A stretch of 64,000 nt of DNA from positions 11,532,001 to 11,596,000 of the forward strand of contig NC_043010.1 of assembly GCF_006345805.1 (NCBI RefSeq). The letters are read 5' to 3'. Shown here piece by piece: positions 11,381 through 23,704 of this stretch. Made by a program: the position numbers and the translations under genes. Under the pieces are notes generated by a model, which searched no databases, was not told the DNA's origin, and saw only the letters and a program-made list of their open reading frames with translations. Origin of the DNA: Octopus sinensis (lineage: Eukaryota). Every line of letters starts with the position of its first letter. The stretch's first letter is position 1.

Positions 11381-12730
11381 CATTTCCAGCTCAGTGGACT
11401 GGGCCATTGTATATTAGTTATTTTCTAGAAGCCAGTGAGAGAAAGATTCTCATAGTCATCCAACCAACAGGACTCAGTGGCATAGATGATAAGATCTTTC
11501 TACCTTTAGTTTAGAATTAAAGGTTCCAGTTTAGTATAATGTATGATACATCTCCAAGAATAGGGTACAACTGCAGCTGGTCAAGTCATAACAGTGCCTG
11601 TCTACTAGCCAAAGGGCTGACAATGCTATTCTGTTCTTGTCCCTAAGAAAGTTACATATCTTTTACTCTCAAGTAAGCACTGATCAAAGAAATCCACGAT
11701 CAAGAATGGTGTTCTTGACATAATTTAACATTATTCTTACCTAAAATTTTAATGGAAGATTTTCATTTAAATGTACATTTTTTAAAACTACTCTGCTCTG
11801 TATCATAGAAACCAAAATGGTTTCAGGCAAGTTTATATGCAAAAGGTTAAAAGTGTATTTAATTAAAGAAAGCATTATATTATGAGAAAGCTGATTAAAA
11901 CCATGAGAGATTTTGCATCACATCTGTACTGTACTTAATCTGGTTAACAAGCAATTAACCAAGGATTAATTAGCATTTTACTTCTGAAGCGCTTCTTTAA
12001 ATTCACTTTTACAGGTAGTGTTCAAGTAAGATGTAAATCAACATCTAGTTTTATCAAAGAATAGAGATACCAATAAATGCTTGGCCCTGCTACATCTGTC
12101 ATACATGGTGAAGTAACAGAATCATTAAACTTTTGGACAAAATGCCATTAGTGTTTAGTTATGGCATTTTAACATTCTGAATTCAAATTCCAATGAGGTT
12201 AAGTACCAGGATCTAGTTTAAAAATATAAGGAAAAAGATCAGTAGTTCTGGTTCCAGATGTGGTTGGCTTCAGAAGTTTCCCGGTGCAGACCCTGTGAGT
12301 AGAAAGAAGGGAGAGGAAGACTGCTGCTTGCAGGTTTGGTCTTGCTAGTTGTAGAACAAGCAGGTGGAGTTGGGCAGGAAGCCAGAAGAAGGGCATGTGA
12401 TCAGATAGAAAGATCAGCTCAAGTTTCTTCAACTCTTCAGCATTCAGTTTATTCTGTCAAATGTAATGTTTATTTATTCACACTATTTTCAATTAATCAT
12501 GAATTATCTTGTAGCTTTGAAATTTATATTTAGAATGACATTGTAGGCTAGGTGTGAGAGGCCGGTTCCAGCTGGTTTGAACATAAAACAGTTAGAATAT
12601 TTTGGCTGAATATAGCCAGATATGGTTGATTTAAATACTATGCTAGTAATTTCCTAATACTAAATCAGAAGATAAACTTATATCACAACATCTTAGTCTC
12701 TTATAACTAGACAGAATATTAAAGCTAAAT

Positions 12731-13070
12731 AATTGCAGCGTGGAAGGTGTTTATAAGCCATTTAAGAAACACACGAAAGCCGTTCAATTCACTTCAACAT
12801 TTAAGTTTAATTTGTCAAAATATTTTCGTCGCTAAAATCCGTGACCTGTTCACTGACAAAAATCCGAGATGCAGCACGGATTTTTGTCAGTGAACAGGTC
12901 ACGGATTTTAGCGACGAAAATATTTTGACAAATTAAACTTAAATGTTGAAGTGAATCGAACGGCTTTTGTGTGTTTCTTAAATGGCTTACAAACACCTTC
13001 CACGCTGCAATTGTTTTCGTTTCAGCACACGATCTCAGATCAAATCACTTGGTATGCAAGTACATCTCCA
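12731..13070 (+). mobile_element. Palindrome-plus-tail retro-insertion (Penelope-like terminus) with TSD and hammerhead-like fold
   Basis: Arms 12731-12866 / 12877-13012 (3 mismatches), 58-nt tail, TSD TAAAGCTAAAT at 12720-12730 and 13071-13081. Confidence 0.78.
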
Positions 13071-14215
13071 TAAAGCTAAATAAAATCAGGAAAATTAGAA
13101 TGATAGCCTGTCATCGGTACGATCACTCCCGTTGTATCACATTGATTTTCAGCTAATAAGCATTCTATCATTTCTGCCCATCCCCAGTATTATCAGCTTC
13201 CATCTACTATGGGTACAGATATGGCAGTATAGTCAAAAAGTTCACATTGCAACTGTGTGATTTCAAGTTCAATCCCACCTTAGTCTCAGGATGACCAAAG
13301 CTTTATGACAGAAATTTAGTTGGTGGAAACTCCTTAACTTATTTTGTTAATCAAATTTGCTTGTAACAAAATTATTAATAACAGTTTTTTTGGGGGGGGT
13401 TTTTTGGGGTGGGGGGGGGGGGGGTTCCAAGATGCTGCTTTGGTATTAGTAGAGACTTTGTAAATATCTAAATTATTTTTATAAAGTATGAATGAAGTAC
13501 CGGGGTTGATTTAATAATCCAACAAAACATCTTCATAGAGAGATAAGTGAAATTATAACAGTCATCAAAAATTACTACCATCGCTGGGAAAGAGTACTAA
13601 TTTCAGTATATATTTGAAAATATTGGTTTCAAAGTCTTGCACAAGGCCAGCAATTTCAGTGCACCTGAATTAATTTTGCAACATACTAGTGTACCATGGT
13701 GCACTATAGAATGCAACATACCACCAATATTCTGCAGAACACTGTTTGAGAATCACTGCTGTAGACAAATTGTTATATTTAGATGTATTACGGATAGCTA
13801 AACAATGCGCATAATGTATCAATTTTTTTTTTTATATTGTTTAAAGTTACATGAAAAATTGATATTTGAAAAGTTCTATAAATAATGCAAATAATGTGAA
13901 CAGAAGGGAATTCTTCAAAATTGAATGTTAAATAAATAGCTAGATTTACAGACCATATCAATTATGTGTAATAATTATATAACAAGAAACAGAGACCGTA
14001 TCAATTATGTCTAGCACATGATTTTTCTCTTCCGTGTTCAGCATCCAACCACACAGTGAGTCAGTGATGTTGCTATTATATAAGGCAGCAATCTGGCAGA
14101 ATTGTTCACATGTCAGAAGAAATACGTAGTATTTCTTTTGGCATTTTTACATTCTGATTTCCAATCTATCTAGGTCGACAGTGCCTTACATCCTTCTGGA
14201 GTCAATAAAATAAGT

Positions 14216-14537
14216 TTTTTTTCTTTTGTTTGTTTTTGTTCCTTCTCGAGCGATGCCTGGCTCATAAGGGCCGGTTTCCCGGTTTCCTTGGCATATAGGT
14301 TCCCCACCTGGACTGGACGCCGGTCCGTCACAGGTGAGCTGCAGGATGCAGGAGGAAAGAGTGAGAGAAAGTTGTGGAGAAAGAGTCAGCAGAAGTTTTG
14401 CCATTACCTTCTGCCAGAGCCGCGTGGAGCTTAGGTGTTTCGCTCATAAAAACACACATTGCCCGGTCTGAGATTCGAACCCTCGATCCCTCGACCGCGA
14501 GTCCGCTGCTCTAACCACTAGTCCATGTGCCTCCACT
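14216..14537 (-). mobile_element. tRNA-derived SINE family D inserted into a family C SINE
   Basis: Head GTGGAGGCACATGG.CTAGTGGTTAGAGCAGCGG...GGTTCGAATC; TSD AATAAAATAAGT; homologous to 33514 and 60865. Confidence 0.88.
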
Positions 14538-15053
14538 AATAAAATAAGTACCTGTCATGTGCTGAGGTCAATGTAATCAACTTGCCCCTCCCCTCAAAAT
14601 CGTTGCTATTATTTAACCTTAGGTCGGCTCTGATCAAATTGCCCTGCAATGGAAGATGTTCCAATTATGACTTTTGTGTTTGTGGATGCAATGTAACTTG
14701 GATTACATTGACTAGTGTTATGTGTTTTTTTTTCAAGATGCATCTTTTTTTAATTTTACGGATATTAGAGTGCTGTTTTGCAAACCATATTAGAGAGCTA
14801 TTTTTTACAACCCTATCTCCATAAAAAGGTTCCACCTTAACATTCAAAGGTATGGAATCTGTATCAGTTTCAACTTAATGTAAACAGTAGGCGCAGAAGT
14901 GGCAATGTTGTAAGTAGCTTGCTTACCAGCCACATGGTTCTGGGTTCAGTCCCACTGTGTGGCACCTTGGGCAAGTGTCTTCTACTATAGCCTCGAGCCG
15001 ACCAAAGCCTTGTGAGTGGATTTGGTAGAGGGAAACTGAAAGAAGCCCATCGT

Positions 15054-15725
15054 AATATACACATATATTTGAATTTTCTCTGACTCCTCAGATTTTTTGA
15101 ATGCTGGACTACTGGTTTTAAATTGATATTAAAATTAATTAATATTAATTTATCTCCCTCAATTTTTAAATATTTAAATAAATACGTTCCCTAGTTGTAA
15201 GCATTACCCGCAGTGAATTATTCACTGCAGCCCTTCGCTTAAGGAGTCTCTCAGCGCACCAGAACCAAGACATTTGAAATTTTATTCCCGATGTAATCAG
15301 TAAGACTAAGCACGTGTCTGTCTTGACACAGAGAGCTGGGGTTAGTCTTGCGGTTTGCATCTCGAGGACCGAATGTACTGATGAAGTCACGGACACTTGA
15401 ATTATGCAAGTAATTCTTTTGTTAAGACCGAAACCGAGGTATGCATTTAAGTCTGTTATTTATTTAATTTTTCATATGTCCTGCCCGCCAAAGTTGGTTC
15501 TGGTGTTCGCTGAATTCTTCCTCTAGAGAATTTCCCTTGTAGTTTGATCGTTGATGATCTTTTTCTAGCATTCTGGCCGGCTACCTAGCAGGCCAGCCCT
15601 GCCAATATACACATATATTTGAATTTTCTCTGACTCCTCAGATTTTTTGAATGCTGGACTACTGGTTTTAAATTGATATTAAAATTAAGTAATATTAATT
15701 TATCTCCCTCAATTTTTAAATATTT
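15054..15725 (+). mobile_element. Retrozyme-like / Penelope pLTR-like element: 550-nt monomer plus 122-nt direct terminal redundancy
   Basis: 15054-15175 repeats at 15604-15725 (1 mismatch); no convincing coding capacity; contains a hammerhead motif; inserted in (TA)n. Confidence 0.75.
15371..15448 (+). ncRNA. Type I hammerhead ribozyme (short stem III)
   Basis: Stem I GAATGTA/TGCATTT; core CTGATGA; stem II (A)GTC...GAC(C); GAAA; stem III CC-GA-GG; cleavage triplet GTA, cut after 15441. Confidence 0.72.
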
Positions 15726-15760
<35 letters not shown>

Positions 15761-16479
15761 ATGCTTGTGTGTCTGTCTTTGTCCCCCAAACATCGCTTGA
15801 TAACCGATGGTGGTGTGTTTACATCCCTGTAATTTAGTGGTTCGGCCAAAGAAACCAATGAAATAAGTACTAGGCATACAAAGAATAAATCCTGGGGTTG
15901 ATTTGCTCGACTAAAGGTGGTGCTCCAGCATGGTTGCAGTCAAGTAACTGAAACAAGTAAAAGATTAAAAGAGTAGCATAGCTGAGAATGGGGTGGGTGT
16001 TCTGCCCCCAGCAACATTTTTATGGGGGTGGCACTCTTAGGCTTGTTCTAATAAGCCAGTATTAAGGGAGGTAGCATGAAGGTGGGAGTGGGGCAACAAA
16101 CTTGAGGGCTGCTCCGGGCGACAAAAACTCAAGCTACGCCACTACATGTTGTTGTCGCAAAGATTCCAGTTCAATCTACAGCAATGAATCAGTTAATTAA
16201 TGGATGCATTCTGTTACCATAGTGAATTTAATGATGGAAGAAGAGTAAAGGAAGGGATAATAGGATATTACGTGGGTGTTGGTGGGGTGGGGAGAGGTGG
16301 GGAGAGGTGAAGAGCATAAGACTGGGACCCAATTGCAAATGACAAAGAATGAGTTCAGGAAAAGAAGCAGGCAATTTAACCATAATTTTTCAAAATGCTG
16401 GTTAATGTAATAAGGTATTCAATCAGCCCCTGATACAGGAAATTAACATGGGACCACATGTTTGTTGGATGGATGGATT

Positions 16480-16506
16480 GATACATAATATATACACATA
16501 TATATA

Positions 16507-16550
<44 letters not shown>

Positions 16551-16586
16551 CATATATATATACATATATATATATGTATATATGTA

Positions 16587-16627
<41 letters not shown>

Positions 16628-16770
16628 GAGAGAGAGAGAGGAGAGAGAGAGAGAGAAATAAAGAGGGAGAGTCAGAGACAGAAACACACATAAACACACA
16701 GATAGATAGATAGATAGAGAGATAGATAGATAGAAAGATAGATAGATAGAAAGATAGATAGATAGAAAGG

Positions 16771-16863
<93 letters not shown>

Positions 16864-16865
16864 TA
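16480..16865. repeat. Compound microsatellite (TA)n/(GA)n/(GATA)n
   Basis: Directly visible. Confidence 0.9.
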
Positions 16866-17238
16866 ATGGCTAACATATATGTCACTCCTGGAAGTTTTGT
16901 TAGTGTCTATTATAATCATAGTCAGAAAAGTGAAAGGCCGAAGGAGATGTCTGGACTAAATATGATGTAGTGTTTAGTTTTGACTCTTTTGATTGTGAGT
17001 TCAAATCCTGCAAAGGGGCAATTCCTACATTTTTATTGTTCCAAAGACTTTAGGACACTGACTTTGTCTCTAAACAAAGAAACCTTATAAACCTCCAGGG
17101 TCACTACAAATGCTAGGCTTTACCATCTCTGATGAGTTCTATTGATTTCACATCCATGGCTTAGTAAAAACTACATTGAAAAGAAACTGACTTCGTTCTT
17201 TTAGACCAGTAAATGCTTCAGTTGTCGACAGTTATTAT

Positions 17239-17462
17239 ATTTCTTTATTGCCCACAAGGGGCTAAACACAGAGGGGACAAACAAGGACAGACAAAGAGAT
17301 TAAGTCGATTACATCGACCCCAGTGCATAACTGGTACTTTATTTATTGACCCCGAAAGGATGAAAGGCAAAGTCGACCTTGGTGGAATTTGAACTCAGAA
17401 CGTAACTGCAGACGAAATACAGCTACGCATTTCGCCCGGCGTGCTAACGGTTCTGCCAATTC
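17239..17462 (-). mobile_element. tRNA-derived SINE family C
   Basis: B-box GAGTTCAAATTCC, central GCCTTTCATCCTTTCGGGGTC, tail AGCCCCTTGTGGGCAATAAAGAAAT on the minus strand. Confidence 0.88.
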
Positions 17463-17789
17463 TCTACAAAGCTTAAATGGGGTTCACAATTGCATACTGC
17501 TTCTACATCTAGAGTGGTACTGCCATTACTGCTACACATACGCACTCCAAAGAAAAGACAACCAATTTTTTTTCTTTCTAATATGGGTACAAGGACCAAA
17601 ATGTTTTTGGGAGATGGGAGCCAGTCAATTAAATCAACTCCATATAAAGGTCTGATGAGCAAATGTGAGAAAACTTTAGATTAAAAGATAAAATTAGAAC
17701 ATAGATATGCATCCTGTGAATGTTAAAGAGTAAAGCTAGTTGCCATATATATAAGCATAGGTAGATAAATAAATAGATAGATAGATAAG

Positions 17790-17820
<31 letters not shown>

Positions 17821-17839
17821 GTAGGTAGATAGATAGATG

Positions 17840-17917
<78 letters not shown>

Positions 17918-18251
17918 CAGACAGATAGATAGATAATTATATAGATAGATAGATAGATAGACAGACAGGCAGATAGATAGTTAGACAGACAGGCAGACAG
18001 ACTAACAGACAGACAGACAAACAGACAGACAGATAGATGGTATACATATATCATCATCATCATAATTTAACGTCCACTTTTTCCATGCTAGCAAAGGTTG
18101 GATGGAATTAATTAAGACAGATTTTACAACCAGATTCCCTTCATATTAACAACTCTCACCTGTTTCCAAACTTGGTAACATTTCCTCCCATGATCAGACA
18201 TGACCTCATGGAATGCTAGAGAACCACTGCTTGTCTGACAGTAATACTCAA

Positions 18252-18306
<55 letters not shown>

Positions 18307-18866
18307 ATATATTGTGAACCAGCAATTCTACACATGACAATTCAGTGCCAACAATTCCATGCATGGCAATTTAGTGCAAGGACAATTCTGCCCAAAGACA
18401 ATTCACTCCATTGCGTTTACGCATATATGGAATTTAATTTTATTTATTTTATTTCCGAAATTTCTAAACTTTACAACTTCGTCATTACAGGCATGTTAGT
18501 ATCTCAACAACCACTGAAGAAGTTTTAGATTTTAAGAATGTTAATAGTAAAAGATACCAGAGAAGAAGTGGTAATGTTTAAGATTGCTAACACTAACAAC
18601 CATTGAATAAATCGTAGCATTTTTAATCGTCAATAATCCCAAAACTATTTTTTCTATTTATAGGAGTATACCATTTCATTACTGTTATTTTGCAAATGAG
18701 GGTTGATATTTTTTTCCTTTTTAGGATTCTAGTTGGTTATGAGCGTTTCCTGATTTGAAGATAATAAATGAGCCCTATGTTATGATTTTGTATTGCTACT
18801 GTTTACATCTCGTTCAGAGATTTAATATAGCGTGTATGTATATATATATATATATTATATATATAT

Positions 18867-18942
<76 letters not shown>

Positions 18943-18967
18943 CATATATATATGTATATATATATAT

Positions 18968-19155
18968 CGTTAGCCACTACACACATTTGTTTTCTTTCCT
19001 TGTTTCTCTCCTTGTTTTTTCTGTGTCCCTTTCTGTAGAAGAGCATAGGCTCGAAACGTAAAAGACTTTTTCTATTCCTGAGCGTTATACTAATACATCT
19101 GTTTGTTTTGTACACCACCTGTCTTCGTCTTTTGTTTTTTTTCGTAAACTCTCCC
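18968..19155 (+). mobile_element. Short (TA)n-embedded Penelope-like element with minimal hammerhead-like motif (19029-19064)
   Basis: CTTT-CTGTAGA-A-GAGC(ATAG)GCTC-GAAA-CG-TA-AAAG; flanked on both sides by (TA)n. Confidence 0.6.
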
Positions 19156-19159
19156 TATA

Positions 19160-19195
<36 letters not shown>

Positions 19196-19198
<3 letters not shown>

Positions 19199-19572
19199 TC
19201 ATCATCATCGTCATTTAATGTCCACTTTCCATGCTGGCATGGGTTGGATGGTTTGACTGAGGGCACGTGAGCCAGAAGGATGCACCAGGCTCCAATCTGA
19301 TCTGGCAAAGTTTCTACAACTGGATGCCCTTCCTAACGCTAACCACTCCAAGAGTATAGTGGGTGCTTTAACGTGCCACCGGTACGGGGGGCCAGTCAGG
19401 TGGTACTGGCATCGACCCCACGCTCAAATGGTGCTTTTTATGTACCACCAGCACAAGAGCCAGTCAGGCGATGCTGGCAACGCCCATGCTCAAATGGTGC
19501 TTTTTACATGTCACCGTCACAGGAGCCAGTCAGGCAGCACTGGCAACGATCACACTCGAATGGTGCTTTTAG
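19196..19572 (-). mobile_element. RTE LINE 3' UTR fragment
   Basis: (CAT)n then CTGGATGCCCTTCCTAACG and ~60-bp units. Confidence 0.75.
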
Positions 19573-19598
19573 CATTTATATATATATATATTATATAT

Positions 19599-19854
19599 AA
19601 AATCAAAATGAGGGTGAAAAAATTGGATATTAATTTGATGACATCAATTTTAACACCAGTGGTCTAGCATATAAAAAACTGAGATTCAGTAAATAGTATT
19701 TCATACATAAATATAAGAGGGAATTTTTTTAACCACTATGTGGAAACCTTTATGCTAGAAAAAGATCCACTATGGCCTCAATCACTAAGAATTGTTCTCC
19801 AGAAAATTTAGCACACCAGAAACGTAAGCGAGCAAGACAAATGAAAAGTAACAA

Positions 19855-19855
<1 letters not shown>
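19599..19855 (-). mobile_element. (TA)n-embedded element related to the terminal repeat of the 15054 element
   Basis: AAAATGAGGG...ATCAATTTTAACACCAGTGGTCTAGCAT aligns by eye with the reverse complement of 15085-15170; a more distant relative lies at ~31510-31725(+). Confidence 0.55.
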
Positions 19856-19890
<35 letters not shown>

Positions 19891-21119
19891 ATGGGGTGGG
19901 TGTAACAGGCTTTTTACAGTTTCTGTCGACCAAATCTACTCCCAAGGATTTTTGGGGAAGCAAACTTTCTACCAAATACACATGCCTGCATCTGCCATGC
20001 CTGATTTCTTTATATATATGCATATACATATCTACACATTAATATATATATATACATACACACACACGTACATGCACACACACATATACACATACACATT
20101 CACACACATGCATGCATGCAGTCATCAAATGCAGAACCTTAGAGTGTCAATACAATGCCATTGACAGACTGAATTCAATTATTTAAATTCTACTTCAACT
20201 ATTTGGTCCAATTTTTTTCTTCTTTCTATTTTTCTCTCATTCATTTATGGCTAACGCATAGGTCAGAATTTGAACTCAGATCATCACATACTCAATGAAA
20301 TGCACATGTCTTATATAAAGTTTCAATATTAGAAATATGCATTACATAATTTAGATTGTTTTAATCAAAACACATGCAGCTTTATACTTCCACTTTTAAA
20401 CTAAATCATTTCATGAAAATCTCTCTCTTTCTTGTTTTATTTTATATAATTCCGAGAGTAGTGACACCTAATCCAATTCAGTAAGATCATTTTTAAAGGA
20501 ATTCTATTTGGAGTTTCCTTTACAATCTATAAGTTGGACATTTAAATTAAATTAAATCTAAAGCTATTGAATGTTAACTGAGGATAAAATGTTGAATACA
20601 TGTTTACATTTGAACAAAGCGACACGTGCAGATATAAAAGGGTTTATATCTTGAAAGAAAATACCAAAAACAAAAATTTAAAAACAAAAAGAAAAAGAAA
20701 GAAAGAAAGAAAGAAGAAATGTGTAAACCCATTCCTAAAATTATCTTACTGAATGGAAAGCGGAAAGACATTTCAGAAAGTATTTCAGTGAAATAGCTTA
20801 AGTTAAACAGAGATTTATTAGACTGTTCATGCACTTGGCTTTTATTTCAACACTAGGGGATTATCAAATATAAATAGATGATTGAGAGATTAACAAATAG
20901 ATAAATAGATAAAAATATATTTAAGGTCTTATGAATGAGTATCTTATTCTTACGTGCATTTGGAAATGTTTGAGAACATGCACGTGTGCGTATCTGTCTG
21001 TGGATGTGTGTGTGTATATACTTACTGCTTATACATATATGCATATAAACGTGAGAGTAAATATATATGGAGTGGGGTATATATATATATATTATATATT
21101 TATATGTATGTGAATGCAT

Positions 21120-21142
21120 ATATATATATGCCTGTGTATCTG

Positions 21143-21173
<31 letters not shown>

Positions 21174-21181
21174 ATACATAT

Positions 21182-21219
<38 letters not shown>

Positions 21220-21234
21220 TAAATATATATATAC

Positions 21235-21267
<33 letters not shown>

Positions 21268-21286
21268 AACATATATATATATAAAC

Positions 21287-21331
<45 letters not shown>

Positions 21332-21450
21332 TATATATATATATATATATATAATCATCATCATATATATATATATATCTTCATCATACATATATATATA
21401 TATATATATAATATTATATATATATACATGTATGTATGTATGTATTGTAT
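21120..21450. repeat. (TA)n-rich microsatellite
   Basis: Directly visible; similar tracts at 22830-23060, 31735-32060, 47115-47640 and 58495-58680. Confidence 0.9.
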
Positions 21451-21790
21451 GTATTTTCATTTATAAGATGACATGCCATTATAGAAATATATTTAAGTGT
21501 ACAGTCTACTTTAATCACAAGAAAGTAAATTTTATTGAAAACCAGGACACTGTTTAAGAGATTTATTTTACAAAATTACAACACCGATACATTATTGTTT
21601 CACTTCTCTCTTCTCTCTCTCTCTCTCTCTCTCTCTTATCACTTATTCTTTCTGTCTTGTCTCTCTCTGTCTCTTGTTCTTTCTCTCTCTCTCTTATCAT
21701 TGTCTGTCTTAATCGCTCATTCTCTCATTTAGGCTATTTATTTTCTCATCCATTCTCTCTCAATCACATTCTCGCTCTCTCTCTCTCTCT

Positions 21791-21823
<33 letters not shown>

Positions 21824-22622
21824 AATATATTTCTTTCTCTCTATCTCTCTCTCGCTCTTTCTCTGTATTTTTCCATTTCTTCTTCTTTCTTCTTCTTCGA
21901 AACAATCCAGAGCGTAAATCTTCACAGAAATATCAAAACGACACCATTTTGTAATAAACCGTTCTTTCTTTTCACCTCCATTATATCCCAGTTTTTTTTT
22001 ACCTCTATTTTTTCTTATCATTATCATTTCTCTTCTCTTTTCTTCTCACTTTCTTTTTCTTACTTCCAGTAGAACATTTCATATTATCCCACAGTTTTTT
22101 TTTTTCCACTTTAAATTGGAATGGTTTTAGATACCAACAAACCAAAGTCCAGTTTCAACTCAAAAACTTCCACACTCAAAAACCAACAGACAGATTGTAA
22201 ATTCGTAGAAGTTCAGCATAAATTCAGTCACATTTCAAGGATGGATTCTCCAGAATTTTTTTCTTTCTCTCCTGCTTTAAACATTGGATGCAAACATGCT
22301 TTGTCACATGGGTTTATAAAGGGATATAAAAAAAATATAAAAAAGACATCCGTGTCTAGGGCCGCAGTGGAGAGGTGTTGTGTTGTATTTTCTCAGTTTG
22401 ATACTTGAGTTAGGCACGCTCACATACAATGGCTGGATGATTGTATTGCTGGTTTTTAAATCCATACTGTGGTGTAAAGAAACAAAAAGCAATTATCAAA
22501 ATGGCTACCCCACAGATTTTGTTTGTCATTATATTATTATTATCATCATTATTATTATTATTATTATTGTCATCATTATCATTAGTATTATCAAAATTTC
22601 AGGCCTTTTGCCTATAACAGAA

Positions 22623-22663
<41 letters not shown>

Positions 22664-22960
22664 CATCATCATCATCATCATCATCATCATTAGTATTATC
22701 ATCATCATCATTATTATAACAAAATTTATATCACAGAATAACATGTCATTTGTAAGGGTATGTAAATTTGCTATATGTATATGTTAACGATAATGTGCAT
22801 ATGAGTATATGCATAATATCAAGTTATGCATGTGTGTATGTATATATGTGTATATATATATATACATATATGTATGTACGTACATACATATATATAACAT
22901 ATATATATATATACATATACATATATATATATATATATGTGTATGTATATATATGTATAC

Positions 22961-23008
<48 letters not shown>

Positions 23009-23023
23009 GTATATGTGTATATT

Positions 23024-23062
<39 letters not shown>

Positions 23063-23501
23063 CACAGAATAATAAACAAAATTAAAAGTGAAACACTTCC
23101 ATGATAATCAAATCATAAGGATGGAACGACACTGTTTCAATATGATGCTGAGAACATTTAAAAACCCCAATAACCATTACCATCATACCATCACAATAAT
23201 CTCCATGTGGACCATGACCAGCTCTAACACCACTGCTACCACTACAACCATTTCTATCTTTGAACTACTTTAAAGGAGTATTTGAGAAATAAATAATAAA
23301 GTTTATTCTAACATTGCTTAATATAGTAAGAGCAAAACAGGCCTGAAGCAAAGCCTGGAGTAGAAAAGGTTTTTCATTGTTTGAGGTCACGCATGGTGAC
23401 AAAAGTACTTTGACAAACTTTGCTGATTGACTGACTGAATGATTAATTAAACAATTAATTAATTAATTGACTAAATGCTAAGAAATTGACTAATAATAAT
23501 A

Positions 23502-23532
<31 letters not shown>

Positions 23533-23540
23533 TAATAATA

Positions 23541-23572
<32 letters not shown>

Positions 23573-23663
23573 TACCAATGTATACTATGAGTTTCTTTGC
23601 CCTAGGAGTCGGGAAGACACTCGGCAAGAAATGGAAGCAAATTTGAAAGAAGAAGAAAAACCC

Positions 23664-23704
<41 letters not shown>

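Larger units (their letters stand above)
14888..15972 (+). mobile_element. SINE family A split by the hammerhead-bearing insertion
   Basis: Head 14888-15053, body and tail resume after the (TA)n at ~15726. Confidence 0.85.

Noticed and set aside
14460-14537. SINE D and E heads as tRNA genes
   Set aside because: They continue into SINE bodies (with TSDs for family D) and lack a paired acceptor stem.
17125-17200. CTGATGA...GAAA hammerhead candidate
   Set aside because: No convincing stem I, II or III pairing; at most a decayed relic.
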